Source: Spirochaetaceae bacterium
Lineage (GTDB): Bacteria > Spirochaetota > Spirochaetia > DSM-2461
Assembly: GCA_965224705.1 (NCBI GenBank)
Contig: OZ245056.1
Span: 2,208,001-2,272,000, forward strand
Direction: 5' to 3'
Length of the DNA: 64,000 nucleotides
Shown here: one piece after another, positions 27,726 through 37,840 of the stretch
How the letters are laid out: the number at the start of each line of letters is the position of its first letter
How positions within the stretch are numbered: the first letter of the stretch is position 1
Notes under the pieces: generated by a model
Told to the model about the DNA's origin: nothing
What the model saw: the letters and a program-made list of their open reading frames with translations, nothing else
The model's database searches: none
Translations under genes and position numbers: made by a program

Positions 27726-28973
27726 ATGGAGAGTCGCAGGGTTGTTATTACTGGTCTGGGAACTGTTAATCCATTGGGTAACAATGTAGAGGATTCCTGG
27801 GAAGCAATAAAATCCGGAAGAAGTGGAATTGGGCCGATAACAGCCTTCGATACCGAACAATTCATCTGTAAAATTGCTGGAGAAGTTAAAGATTTTGATC
27901 CAACTGATTGGATGGATAAGAAAACAGCTAGAAAAATGGCACGATTCTCTCAATTCGCCATGGCAGGTTCCGTGGAAGCATTGGAAGATGCCGGCCTGGA
28001 TAAGGGAGGCGCTGATCCAGAACGTGTTGGTATAATAATGGGGAATGGTATCGGTGGGTATGAATGTGTTGAAGAGAGCCTTCGTCTGATGGTGAGCAAG
28101 GGCCCCCGAGGTGTGCCCCCGATGACTATTCCCAAGATGATTATCAATGAGGGTATGGCCAATATCTCGATTCGATTCGGTTTTCTTGGACCATGTTATG
28201 CTATAGTGACTGCGTGTACTTCCGGTACCGATGCAATCGGCAACGCAGCGATGGCCATTCGATCAGGGTTGATTGATGTTGCTGTCAGCGGGGGTGTTGA
28301 AGCTGCTATTACTCCATTTTCAATAGCTGGATTTATACAGATAACAGCTCTGACTACTCAGTTCAATGATAACCCCACTGCAGCCAGCCGTCCATTTGAC
28401 AGGGACCGCAATGGATTTGTAATGGGAGAGGGAGCCGGTATTTTGATTCTTGAAGAGCTCAATCATGCACTGAAAAGAGGGGCTGAAATTTATGGAGAGG
28501 TGGCCGGTTATGGGATAAGCTGTGATGCCTATCACCTTACAAGTCCGGATGCTGAGGGGAATGGTCCGGCAAGGGCAATGAAATGGGCCCTCCGTGATGC
28601 CAATATGCATCCTTCTGAAATTGATTATCTGAATGCTCATGGAACATCAACACCAACCAATGATCCCCTGGAAACCATTGCAATTAAAAAAGCTTTTGGC
28701 GAATGTGCCCGCAAACTGCCTGTATCGTCCACGAAATCCATGACTTCTCATTTAGTCGGTGGTGCCGGTGGGATGGAATCCATCATCAGTCTGCTGGCAA
28801 TGAGGGATAATTTCATTCCTCCTACCATCAATCTTGATCACCCTGATGAGGAGTGTGATCTGGACTATGTACCCAATGTAGGTCGGGAAGCTGATGTCCG
28901 GACGGTGATGTCAGATAACCTGGGGTTTGGTGGTCATAATGGTGTATTGATTTTCAAGGAATTTAATGAATAA
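27726..28973 (+). CDS. fabF: Beta-ketoacyl-ACP synthase II
   Basis: RRVVITGLG, TACTSG, GFVMGEGAG, NAHGTST and GFGGHN. Confidence 0.96.
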   Translation: MESRRVVITGLGTVNPLGNNVEDSWEAIKSGRSGIGPITAFDTEQFICKIAGEVKDFDPTDWMDKKTARKMARFSQFAMAGSVEALEDAGLDKGGADPERVGIIMGNGIGGYECVEESLRLMVSKGPRGVPPMTIPKMIINEGMANISIRFGFLGPCYAIVTACTSGTDAIGNAAMAIRSGLIDVAVSGGVEAAITPFSIAGFIQITALTTQFNDNPTAASRPFDRDRNGFVMGEGAGILILEELNHALKRGAEIYGEVAGYGISCDAYHLTSPDAEGNGPARAMKWALRDANMHPSEIDYLNAHGTSTPTNDPLETIAIKKAFGECARKLPVSSTKSMTSHLVGGAGGMESIISLLAMRDNFIPPTINLDHPDEECDLDYVPNVGREADVRTVMSDNLGFGGHNGVLIFKEFNE

Positions 28974-28987
28974 CATGGAGGAAATAT

Positions 28988-29416
28988 ATGGGATATAAGG
29001 ATGTAAAAGAGCTTCTTCCGCACAGGGAACCCTTCCTGTATGTCGATAGGCTTGACGAGGTAAGCGATAAACGCATCGTTGGTACAAGGATATATAAAGA
29101 AAGTGAGTACTTCTTCAAAGGGCATTTTCCAGAGTATCCAGTTGTACCTGGTGTCATCCTCGTGGAATCCATGGCTCAATGCGGCGGTGCCGGGGCAGCA
29201 GAGTCCGGGATATTGGGTGATAAGCTTTTTTTCCTGGCTACTGTCGATAAGGTTAAATTCCGTCGGCAGGTGGTTCCAGGCGATGAAGTCCGATTCGAAA
29301 TAGACAATGTTCAACTCACTTCAAGGGGAATCCGTCAGACCGGGAAGGCCTATGTGGGCGATCAAGTGGCCGCCGAAGCATCATGGCTTTGCCTGATGGG
29401 TGATAAAGAAGGATGA
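28988..29416 (+). CDS. fabZ: 3-hydroxyacyl-ACP dehydratase
   Basis: LPHREPFLYVD and FFKGHFP..PVVPGVILVESMAQ. Confidence 0.95.
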   Translation: MGYKDVKELLPHREPFLYVDRLDEVSDKRIVGTRIYKESEYFFKGHFPEYPVVPGVILVESMAQCGGAGAAESGILGDKLFFLATVDKVKFRRQVVPGDEVRFEIDNVQLTSRGIRQTGKAYVGDQVAAEASWLCLMGDKEG

Positions 29417-29441
29417 TAGAGAACAGTCAAGGAAGGTTTAC

Positions 29442-30614
29442 ATGGTTTTAGAACCCAAAATTATTGGCGGAGTATGCCTTACGGCTCATCCAGCCGGTCT
29501 CAAAAAGGCCCTTGAGCAGCAGATCGCCTATGTCAGAAATCAGGATCCCATCAATATGCCGAAACGGGTATTGATTATTGGGGGTTCAACTGGCTACGGT
29601 CTGGCAACACGAATCGCCTCAGCTTTTGGTGGTGGTGCCGGAACTCTCAGTGTTTCATTTGAACGGGAACCCACAGAGCGTAAACCCGCCAGCCCTGGCT
29701 GGTACAGCAATAAATACTTTGATGAAGAGGCTGGCTCCATTGGTCTGACGGCCGAAAGCCTCAATGCGGATGCCTTCTCTCATGAGACACGGAAGGTGGT
29801 CATTCAGAGGATTAAAGAGCTGTTTGGTCAGGTGGATCTTGTGGTTTACTCGATTGCTTCACCAATGCGCAAGGATCCCGATACCGGTGTTACTTACCGG
29901 TCTGTCCTTAAACCTATCGGCAGGGTATACAGGGCCAAGTCTGTGGACTTCATCAAAGGAACTGTTGAGGAGGCTTCCATAAATCCCGCTGAAGGCGATG
30001 AGGAGGCCCAGACGATCAAGGTTATGGGAGGTGAAGACTGGATACTCTGGATTGATGCTTTGATGGAAGCCGGTGCTCTCGCAGAAGGTACAAAAACCGT
30101 CGCTTATTCCTACATCGGCCCCGAAGTTACTTACGATGTGTACAGGGCTGGTACTATCGGTGCCGCCAAGGAACATCTGGAGAAAACGGCGAAAGAGCTC
30201 AATACCAGATTATCAGGCATTGGCGGTGAATCATTTGTCTCGGTCAATAAAGCCCTGGTAACACGTGCCAGCTCTGTTATCCCGGTCGTACCCCTGTACA
30301 TATCCCTGATTTTTAAGGTTATGAAAGAAAAAGGTATCCATGAAGGATGCATTGAGCAAATGTATCGAATGCTGGCCTCCAGGATATACGGTGCGGATGG
30401 TACAGTCCGGGATTCTGAAGGTTTAGTCCGTCTGGATGATTGGGAAATGAGGGATGATGTCCAGGCTGAAGTTCGTTCTTTATGGGATGCCGTCAATATG
30501 AACAATCTAAAGAGCCTAACCGATATTGAAGGTTATCGCAGTGACTTTATGCAGCTTCACGGTTTTGGATGGGATGAAGTGGATTATGGGAAAGAGGTGA
30601 GTACGCTCGGATAG
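29442..30614 (+). CDS. fabV: Enoyl-ACP reductase FabV / trans-2-enoyl-CoA reductase
   Basis: AHP.G, GGSTGYGLA, DLVVYSIA, VMGGEDW, Y..GTIG.AK and HEGCIEQ. Confidence 0.93.
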   Translation: MVLEPKIIGGVCLTAHPAGLKKALEQQIAYVRNQDPINMPKRVLIIGGSTGYGLATRIASAFGGGAGTLSVSFEREPTERKPASPGWYSNKYFDEEAGSIGLTAESLNADAFSHETRKVVIQRIKELFGQVDLVVYSIASPMRKDPDTGVTYRSVLKPIGRVYRAKSVDFIKGTVEEASINPAEGDEEAQTIKVMGGEDWILWIDALMEAGALAEGTKTVAYSYIGPEVTYDVYRAGTIGAAKEHLEKTAKELNTRLSGIGGESFVSVNKALVTRASSVIPVVPLYISLIFKVMKEKGIHEGCIEQMYRMLASRIYGADGTVRDSEGLVRLDDWEMRDDVQAEVRSLWDAVNMNNLKSLTDIEGYRSDFMQLHGFGWDEVDYGKEVSTLG

Positions 30615-30624
30615 GCCGGGCAGA

Positions 30625-30800
30625 AACCATACGGTCAGTTTATTGAGTGGACCACCAGTACGGATGAGATGATGGCTGACCCGGACATCGATGTGATTGA
30701 TGTCTCTCTTCCCAACAATCTGCACAAGCCAGTGGTTTTGGCCGCATTGAAAGCAGGGAAAGCCGTGTACTGTGAGACGCCTCTGGCTGGAACCCTGGAG
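30625..30800 (+). pseudogene. Fragment of a Gfo/Idh/MocA oxidoreductase
   Basis: MMADPDIDVIDVSLPNNLH...AALKAGKAVYCETP resembles the GK.V.CEKP motif; no N- or C-terminus. Confidence 0.7.
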
Positions 30801-30998
30801 CCTGGATGCAGGTATGATTCCCGGATCGATTGGCATGGATTCAGATACGCTCATTACTGATAATCATACTCCGGGAATCTGTGGGAAGTGATTTTGCTGC
30901 CTGAAGTTGCTTTTTCGAGTCATTTATGAAAATCAGTGATGTATAATGAAATTGAAAAAAACACTCCTGAAAAATGTCCTTTTTCACCGATAGTTTAA

Positions 30999-31643
30999 TT
31001 GGTGATGAGAATCTTCCATTTTTTAACAGTATTTGCTTTTCTCAGCATTGGAGCTGAATTCATTTCGGCTGCCCCGGTCTCATTGGGCAAAACTGAGGTG
31101 GGGATGGAGAGTTTTGAAGGGTACCAGGAAGGTATGGCATACTTCAGTACAGATGAAACCGGACAAACCCTGGAGATACTGATTGCCTACAAGGGTTTCG
31201 GACTGGATGAGGTGAACTGGATGTTTACCAATGAGGATCTGGAGATTTTTCAGGAATCAACCGCCAAAGCAGCCTGGTGGCGTTCCCGTCTTCTTGCAAT
31301 GGATGTTAATCAAACTGTCCTTAAGGATGTCGCAACGGTCAAGCCGGATATAACTTACAGTCACCAGGGTGCTGCATATCTCTTTGACAGTACGGACAGT
31401 ATTCTCCGGTTTGTGAGACAGGGAAAGGACTATGCCCTCATTCTCACCGAAATCTCATCAAACGTGGATTCTCATCGCAGCGGCAGGAAGTCTTTTCCTG
31501 TATTCACACTGCATTTTTCAAAGAAAGAATTACCGGTTATCCGGGATTTTCTCTCAGAGTCCCATATTGAGCAGGTAATTGAATCATATGCGGAGCAAAA
31601 ATCAGCTATAGAAGCAATTCTGACAGATTCGCCTGAAGCTTAA
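30999..31643 (+). CDS. Hypothetical exported protein
   Basis: 214-aa ORF with a signal-peptide-like N-terminus. Confidence 0.65.
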   Translation: MVMRIFHFLTVFAFLSIGAEFISAAPVSLGKTEVGMESFEGYQEGMAYFSTDETGQTLEILIAYKGFGLDEVNWMFTNEDLEIFQESTAKAAWWRSRLLAMDVNQTVLKDVATVKPDITYSHQGAAYLFDSTDSILRFVRQGKDYALILTEISSNVDSHRSGRKSFPVFTLHFSKKELPVIRDFLSESHIEQVIESYAEQKSAIEAILTDSPEA

Positions 31644-31804
31644 TCAGTTCAATTCTGTGATCAAACACTTTGAACACAACAAATCACCATGTGAATAACA
31701 CCTTTTTACCTTGAACATAGAACTTTTTATCTGTATGTTTTGTTTATAGTAATGTGCTTTGTACCAAAATATCTTGCAATATCAAATATAAGGAGAGAGT
31801 GAAA

Positions 31805-34165
31805 ATGAGATTGTCAAAAAAACTGTGCAGTGCTGCCGGGATGGTCTTGCTGATTTTTGCAGCTTTAACTGGTTGTACAAAGAGTAAGTCTGCAACTGTT
31901 GCTCAAGAACCGGAAACTCCAGAGGCATCAAATGCAGTAGAAGAGGCAGGTGATGCAGGTGATGCAGGTGATATTGAAATATCCGTGGCCTTCCTTTCCG
32001 GTGATGTAAAAGCTTTTAATTCTTCCGGTGAACGTTATATTGATATTGGAGATACCCTGGCGGTCGGAGAACGGATTATCACTGGTTCAGATGCATTCGT
32101 TGAAATCGAAATAGGGGATGTAGGGGTAGTCCGCATAAATAGTGATACTGAATATCTGCTGGATATTGCAGAAGAATCTGCTGGCAATACCCAGACTTCG
32201 GGTGCTCTGGTTGCCGGGTCAATTATATCCAAGGTCAGGAAGCTTTCAGGTAATGATGCCTTTGAAGTAAGCGTTCCAGGTGCAGTTTGTGCTGTTCGCG
32301 GTACACAGTTCCTTGTTGATGTCGATACTGATGGCACTGTTAATGTTGCAGTTAATGAAGGTGGAATTCTACTCGTACCTCCATCGCTGGCTCTTGCAGG
32401 TAACCATTCAGCCGATGTGGGGAAATTCAATGAGATACGATCCATAATGCCCGTCGTTTCCTCAGGAGAGGAAGTTGATTTCAATGCTGAAACATTCAGC
32501 GAACTTGAAGCAAGGCTTGCCTCCTGGATAGAAAAAGGGATGAGGGATAGTACGAAGGGATTAATCACAGAATTAGACCTGCTGCTGAAATCCATACAGG
32601 TAGAAATGACTGATATTAATGAGGAAAGTGATGCCGCTATTGATGATTCAGTTATCTCTCTTGCTGCATTATCAGGCACTCAAGAAGAATCCCGGGAAAT
32701 GGTTACTCTCCGTTTCAATACAGATCTCCAGGAAGCAGATATTTTTATCAATGGTCAGAAAGCCGGTCGGCAATCTGTCAGCAGTGCTTTCCCCGTTGGT
32801 GAAATACTGGAAGTAAAAGCCATCGCTGCAGATGGCAGAGTCAAAACCAGGAGAGTAAGAGCTGGAACTCCATTAGTTGTTGATTTACTGTTTAATGATA
32901 ATACTGATGAAGCTTTGAACAAACCGGATATCCTGCCATCAAGCAGCAGGGAGAAGCCTGGCGATTCTTCAACCATTACTGTCACTATAGATGTTGAACC
33001 CGCAAATGCAACCATATGGATCGGGGGAAAGCAGCGTGGACGAGGCCGTACTGAGATTACTGGAAAACCAGGTGATCATCTGGATCTGAGTATTTCCGCT
33101 CCAGGATATTCCATGCTGATGGATGAAGAAATCATTATAGTTCCGGATGTCTCTGTTGTTAAATTCAAACTGAACAAGCATACAATAGTTGGAAAGGTTG
33201 CTCTCCGCAGTCCGGGTGTTGGTACTCCGGCATCAGATGGCGACAATGCTGTAATGATAACGAGAAATGGTTATCTGTATACCTTGCAAAGAGATGGGGT
33301 CTTTGATTGGGTCAAGGGAACTGGAAATGATGGGTTGGAATATGCTTCACTTTCGATAATTGACGGTAAAGTGTATTCAATAGGTAATGAAGCATTCACA
33401 GTACATGATATGAGGGATGGGAAAATACTCAAACAGACAGCATTAAGTGCAAATCAGAGAAATCAATTTGGCCGACGTGTCGTTAAGGTTGGCCGGATGA
33501 CGATTCTTCCTGGTAACGATACTCTGGAAGTATTTGATGCGGCAGGAGATTCAGTAAAAACAGTCAATATCCCTGGTGGTTCCAGATCGACTCCAGCCGT
33601 ATGGAATAACAAGGTTCTCTTACCGAATAATGATGGATACTTACTTATCTTTAATTCCATGAGTTATGCCGTTGAGAGCAGAATAGAAACAGGCGTAACC
33701 CAGCCGACAGGACTATCTCCTGCCATTGTTGGCGATGTCGCTTTTCTGGCCGGTGTCAATGGTCAAATCTCAGCCGTCGACCTGAACAAGAGTAGTATTG
33801 TATGGACACGATCACTGGCAAAGGGTGAAGTTATTCCGGTGTACACTGATTTCGCCGCAGCAAATGATACCGTATACGTCTATGGCAAAGAGCGAGTGTT
33901 TGCCCTATCCGTGCATGACGGCCAGGAAAGGTTTCTGTCAATAGAAGGTATATCCGCACCACCCATGGTCGATGGCGATTTCTTATACCTTTGCCGCAAT
34001 GATGGTACCCTTGGGGTTTACAACCGACGCAATGGCAGGGAACTTGGCAAGATTTCATTGGGTGAAGAATCTGACACCAGACCGGCGAAATTAGGGAACT
34101 ACATCCTCGTTGCTGGCGTGGAATCGGCTGTGGTTGTTGACGCACGTTCGATAACAGAAGGTTGA
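31805..34165 (+). CDS. Lipoprotein with FecR-like, PEGA-like and PQQ-type beta-propeller domains
   Basis: LTGC lipobox; AVCAVRGTQFLV (FecR); VEPANATIWIGGK (PEGA); C-terminal propeller repeats. Confidence 0.7.
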   Translation: MRLSKKLCSAAGMVLLIFAALTGCTKSKSATVAQEPETPEASNAVEEAGDAGDAGDIEISVAFLSGDVKAFNSSGERYIDIGDTLAVGERIITGSDAFVEIEIGDVGVVRINSDTEYLLDIAEESAGNTQTSGALVAGSIISKVRKLSGNDAFEVSVPGAVCAVRGTQFLVDVDTDGTVNVAVNEGGILLVPPSLALAGNHSADVGKFNEIRSIMPVVSSGEEVDFNAETFSELEARLASWIEKGMRDSTKGLITELDLLLKSIQVEMTDINEESDAAIDDSVISLAALSGTQEESREMVTLRFNTDLQEADIFINGQKAGRQSVSSAFPVGEILEVKAIAADGRVKTRRVRAGTPLVVDLLFNDNTDEALNKPDILPSSSREKPGDSSTITVTIDVEPANATIWIGGKQRGRGRTEITGKPGDHLDLSISAPGYSMLMDEEIIIVPDVSVVKFKLNKHTIVGKVALRSPGVGTPASDGDNAVMITRNGYLYTLQRDGVFDWVKGTGNDGLEYASLSIIDGKVYSIGNEAFTVHDMRDGKILKQTALSANQRNQFGRRVVKVGRMTILPGNDTLEVFDAAGDSVKTVNIPGGSRSTPAVWNNKVLLPNNDGYLLIFNSMSYAVESRIETGVTQPTGLSPAIVGDVAFLAGVNGQISAVDLNKSSIVWTRSLAKGEVIPVYTDFAAANDTVYVYGKERVFALSVHDGQERFLSIEGISAPPMVDGDFLYLCRNDGTLGVYNRRNGRELGKISLGEESDTRPAKLGNYILVAGVESAVVVDARSITEG

Positions 34166-34219
34166 TCATTCGGATGCTGCCTGGTTCAATGAATTCTTGA
34201 GCCAGGGTATCATCAGGCT

Positions 34220-35803
34220 ATGAATGAAAAACCGCTATCGACCCATTGGGCGGATATCGTCGCCGATAGAATCATCCGGGAAAGAGGGGAGAAAGATGCT
34301 TACGTCTGTGCCTCAGGTATCACTCCTTCCGGGACCGTTCACATAGGTAATTTCCGTGAAATCATTTCAGTGGAACTCGTTGTGCGTGCTCTACGCGATA
34401 GAAAACGCCAGGCTCGGTTCATTTATTCATGGGATGATTATGATGTATTCCGCAAGGTTCCTGCAAATCTGCCCAATCAGGATCTGCTTGCCGCATATCT
34501 GCGCCAGTCCATTACGGATGTTCCTGATGTTTTGGGCAATGAAGTCAGCTATGCGTCTCATAATGAGAAAGCTCTTGAGAAGCTTCTTCCCACCGTTGGT
34601 ATCGAACCGGAATACATCTACCAGGCAGAGAGGTACCGTTCTTCCCGATATGCCGAGTGCATGAAGACTGTTCTGGATAACGGTGAACTCATTCGGAAGC
34701 AATTGAATTCCCACAGGACAGCACCTCTGTCAGAGGACTGGTGGCCCCTCAGTGTTTTCTGTACGCAATGCGGCCGGGATACCACTCATATAAAAGACAG
34801 GATGAATGACTACAGCATCCACTATGAATGTGAATGTGGAAATACTGAATCAATTGATTTACGGAAAACCGGTGCGGTCAAACTTCCATGGCGTATTGAC
34901 TGGCCGATGAGATGGTTCTATGAGAAAGTGGATTTTGAACCGGCTGGAAAAGATCACCATACTGAAGGCGGAAGTTTTGATACGGCAAAGCTTACCAGCA
35001 GAGAAGTTTTTAATCATGAACCTCCAGTTACGTTTCAATATGAATTTGTCCGAATAAAAGGAGGGAGCGGGAAACTCAGTTCATCGACTGGTGAAGTCGT
35101 ATCGCTCAAAGACATCCTTCGCTACTACCAGCCAGAGGTTGTACGATACTTCTTTGCTGGAACAAGACCGAATAATGATCTTGCCATTAGTTTTGATCTT
35201 GACCTTCTCAAAGTTTACGAAGATTACGACAAATCTGAGCGAAATTTCTTCAATAAGCCCGATAACCCGAAAAAAATGAAAAAGTGGAAAAAAGAAGCCC
35301 GGGTATATGAGCTTTCCCAGATTCATGGAGTTCCCGCCAGGCTGCCGTATCAGATTCAAATCAGGCATCTGACAACACTGCTGCAAATACATTCCGGAAA
35401 CATAGACAGGGTTATTGAGTACCTGGGTGATATCCTGTCAACTGATCTTGAAAGATTTAAATGCCGGGCAAATTGTGCCTGGAACTGGGTGAATGATCAT
35501 GCCCCGGAGGATTTCCGTTTTTCTCTGAGAAATCCCGATGACAGCCCAATAAGTCTGAATCCAGACCTTAAATCTACAGTGAAGGATTTTGGTATTCTGG
35601 TGAGGAGGCAACTGGGGAAAATATCGGAGAAAGACTTTTCAATTCTGATGTACAACCTTATCCGTGATAACAATTTGAAATCCGCAGATTTTTTCACTGC
35701 TGTCTATAGAGTTCTTATTGGCAGGGATAAAGGTCCGCGATTAATAAATTTTCTTCATATTCTGGGGCCTGATTGCGTTGGGGATCTGCTGGAGAGCATA
35801 TAA
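34220..35803 (+). CDS. lysS: Lysyl-tRNA synthetase, class I
   Basis: HWAD, SGITPSGTVHIGNFRE, KLPWRIDWPMRW, GKDH and KLSSS. Confidence 0.96.
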   Translation: MNEKPLSTHWADIVADRIIRERGEKDAYVCASGITPSGTVHIGNFREIISVELVVRALRDRKRQARFIYSWDDYDVFRKVPANLPNQDLLAAYLRQSITDVPDVLGNEVSYASHNEKALEKLLPTVGIEPEYIYQAERYRSSRYAECMKTVLDNGELIRKQLNSHRTAPLSEDWWPLSVFCTQCGRDTTHIKDRMNDYSIHYECECGNTESIDLRKTGAVKLPWRIDWPMRWFYEKVDFEPAGKDHHTEGGSFDTAKLTSREVFNHEPPVTFQYEFVRIKGGSGKLSSSTGEVVSLKDILRYYQPEVVRYFFAGTRPNNDLAISFDLDLLKVYEDYDKSERNFFNKPDNPKKMKKWKKEARVYELSQIHGVPARLPYQIQIRHLTTLLQIHSGNIDRVIEYLGDILSTDLERFKCRANCAWNWVNDHAPEDFRFSLRNPDDSPISLNPDLKSTVKDFGILVRRQLGKISEKDFSILMYNLIRDNNLKSADFFTAVYRVLIGRDKGPRLINFLHILGPDCVGDLLESI

Positions 35804-35823
35804 TCACCCTTCTCCTTCGATCT

Positions 35824-36750
35824 TCAGCGTTCTCCCCGAACATAGGGTTCACCCAGGGTTGCTGGAGCATTCATGCGGCGTTTACCGGATTTGGAAAGCC
35901 CAAGGATGAATAGAACAAAGAGGGTAGAGGCATAGGGGAGCATTGACAGAATATTCGGTGAGATTCCCAGAGGCTGCAGTATGTATTGGAGGACGAAAAT
36001 CCCACCGAACAGATAGGCTCCCAGAAAAGCTCCCCCAGGCTGCCACAGAGCAAAGATGGTCAATGCAATAGCAATCCAGCCCCTGCCGGCCACTATTCCT
36101 TCATTCCATGAGCCGCTGTAGGCCGTCGAAAGGTAAGCCCCGGCCATTCCCGCCAGCCCCCCACCAGCGAGTACTGCATAGTATTTTACACGATTAACGG
36201 CGATACCCTGAGCTTCAGCGGCCCTGGGATTCTCTCCCACAGATCGGAGGGTTATTCCCATACGGGTATGCTTGAGCATAAACCACAGTACTATACCAAG
36301 GAGGGCCGATAGATACACATACCAGTCGTGGTTAAATAAAATCTGACCTAGAATTGGTATGTCTGAAAGTCCCTGGATGTCGATAAAAGGCATTCGAACA
36401 GGAAGAGGCTGTCCAATATAAGGTTTTCCCCAGAGTCCGCTGATGCCCAGCCCCAACATGGTAAGAGCCAATCCACTGACTACCTGGTTGGAACGCAGAC
36501 CGATGCACACAAAACCATGGATGCTTGAAAGCAGTATACCAGCGAGGATGGCGGCCAGCAGTCCCAGCCATGGGTTCCCCGTGGTGAATGTAACGATGAA
36601 AGCCGTTACAGCTCCCGAGGACATCAGTCCTTCCATCCCAAGGTTAATAATTCCAGCTCTTTCTGTGAGAATTTCACCCAGAGTTGCCAGAAGCAGCGGG
36701 GTTCCGGCAATGATAGTCCGGGTGAGAACGGATGCAATAATATCAAGCAT
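35824..36750 (-). CDS. ABC transporter permease (nucleoside/simple-sugar type)
   Basis: ERAGIINLGMEG, LRSVGENP and GRGWIA. Confidence 0.9.
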   Translation of the reverse strand: MLDIIASVLTRTIIAGTPLLLATLGEILTERAGIINLGMEGLMSSGAVTAFIVTFTTGNPWLGLLAAILAGILLSSIHGFVCIGLRSNQVVSGLALTMLGLGISGLWGKPYIGQPLPVRMPFIDIQGLSDIPILGQILFNHDWYVYLSALLGIVLWFMLKHTRMGITLRSVGENPRAAEAQGIAVNRVKYYAVLAGGGLAGMAGAYLSTAYSGSWNEGIVAGRGWIAIALTIFALWQPGGAFLGAYLFGGIFVLQYILQPLGISPNILSMLPYASTLFVLFILGLSKSGKRRMNAPATLGEPYVRGER

Positions 36751-37828
36751 GGATTTTCCTCCCGAATCGAATACGAATCCTGTGAGAGATGAAGAAATCT
36801 TCCATAATCAGGAAAACCAGTATGATGCTGTTGAAAACATTCACCGTGGCGGCAGGCATTCCCATGGAAATCTGTATGGCATCTCCCCCGACAATGATAC
36901 CAGCAAAAAACAGGCCTGAAATTATTGTGTACGACGGGTGGAGTCTGGCCAGCCAGGCAACAATGATGGCGGTAAAGCCATAACCTGCACTCAGGGAATC
37001 AGGGTAACTCAGATAGTGGTGAATGGACATAAGTTCTCCGGCTCCGGCCAGTCCTGCCATACCACCGGAGATGGCCATGAGTAAAAGGGAGGTTTTGAAG
37101 AAGTTGATACCCGCGTACTGAGCCGCATGAGGATTTTCTCCGATAACTCGTACTTCATATCCAAAACGGCTTTTATAAACAAGCCATCCAAGAATCAATG
37201 CACCGGCAATGGCCAGAATAAGAAGAACTGGAGAAATCCTGGAGTAGGAGAAGGGCTGCAGGATGGCTGAGGCCGGTAGGTCATCGGTGTAGGGATATCC
37301 GCTCTTGGTAACCCCTTTCCATGGACCAACCACAAGGAATTTCACAAATTCAGCCGCAATGTAATTGAGCATCAGAGTGGATATTACTTCATTGATTCCA
37401 AATTTTACCTTCAGGACTGCTGGTATCATGCCCCAGAGTGCTCCTCCGATGAATGCCACCATGAACATAAGAGGAACGATGATGATGGGAGGCAGGTATG
37501 GTCCCCATGAAAGTCCAACCCAGGTGGCCAGTATTGCACCAGCCAGAAGCTGACTTTCAGCTCCTATGTTCCAGAATTTTGCTTTGTAGGCCAGGGCCAG
37601 TCCACTGCCGATGAGTATAAGGGGAATGGATTTTGTTATAGTTTCCTTGATGCCGTACCAGCTGCCGAAGGACCCTTTGAATATGGAAAAAACAGCTCTC
37701 GCAGGGTTTACACCACTCATTGAAAATACAATACCCACGGCCAGAAATCCGGCCGTAAGTGAACCAACAAGGATGAGAATACTCAGCTGAGGACTGATTT
37801 TCTCCCGTGGAAATAGTTCAATACGCAT
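36743..37828 (-). CDS. ABC transporter permease (nucleoside/simple-sugar type)
   Basis: WNIGAESQ, NEVISTLMLNY and GENPHAAQYAGI. Confidence 0.9.
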   Translation of the reverse strand: MRIELFPREKISPQLSILILVGSLTAGFLAVGIVFSMSGVNPARAVFSIFKGSFGSWYGIKETITKSIPLILIGSGLALAYKAKFWNIGAESQLLAGAILATWVGLSWGPYLPPIIIVPLMFMVAFIGGALWGMIPAVLKVKFGINEVISTLMLNYIAAEFVKFLVVGPWKGVTKSGYPYTDDLPASAILQPFSYSRISPVLLILAIAGALILGWLVYKSRFGYEVRVIGENPHAAQYAGINFFKTSLLLMAISGGMAGLAGAGELMSIHHYLSYPDSLSAGYGFTAIIVAWLARLHPSYTIISGLFFAGIIVGGDAIQISMGMPAATVNVFNSIILVFLIMEDFFISHRIRIRFGRKIHA

Positions 37829-37840
37829 AAATGGGCATCC

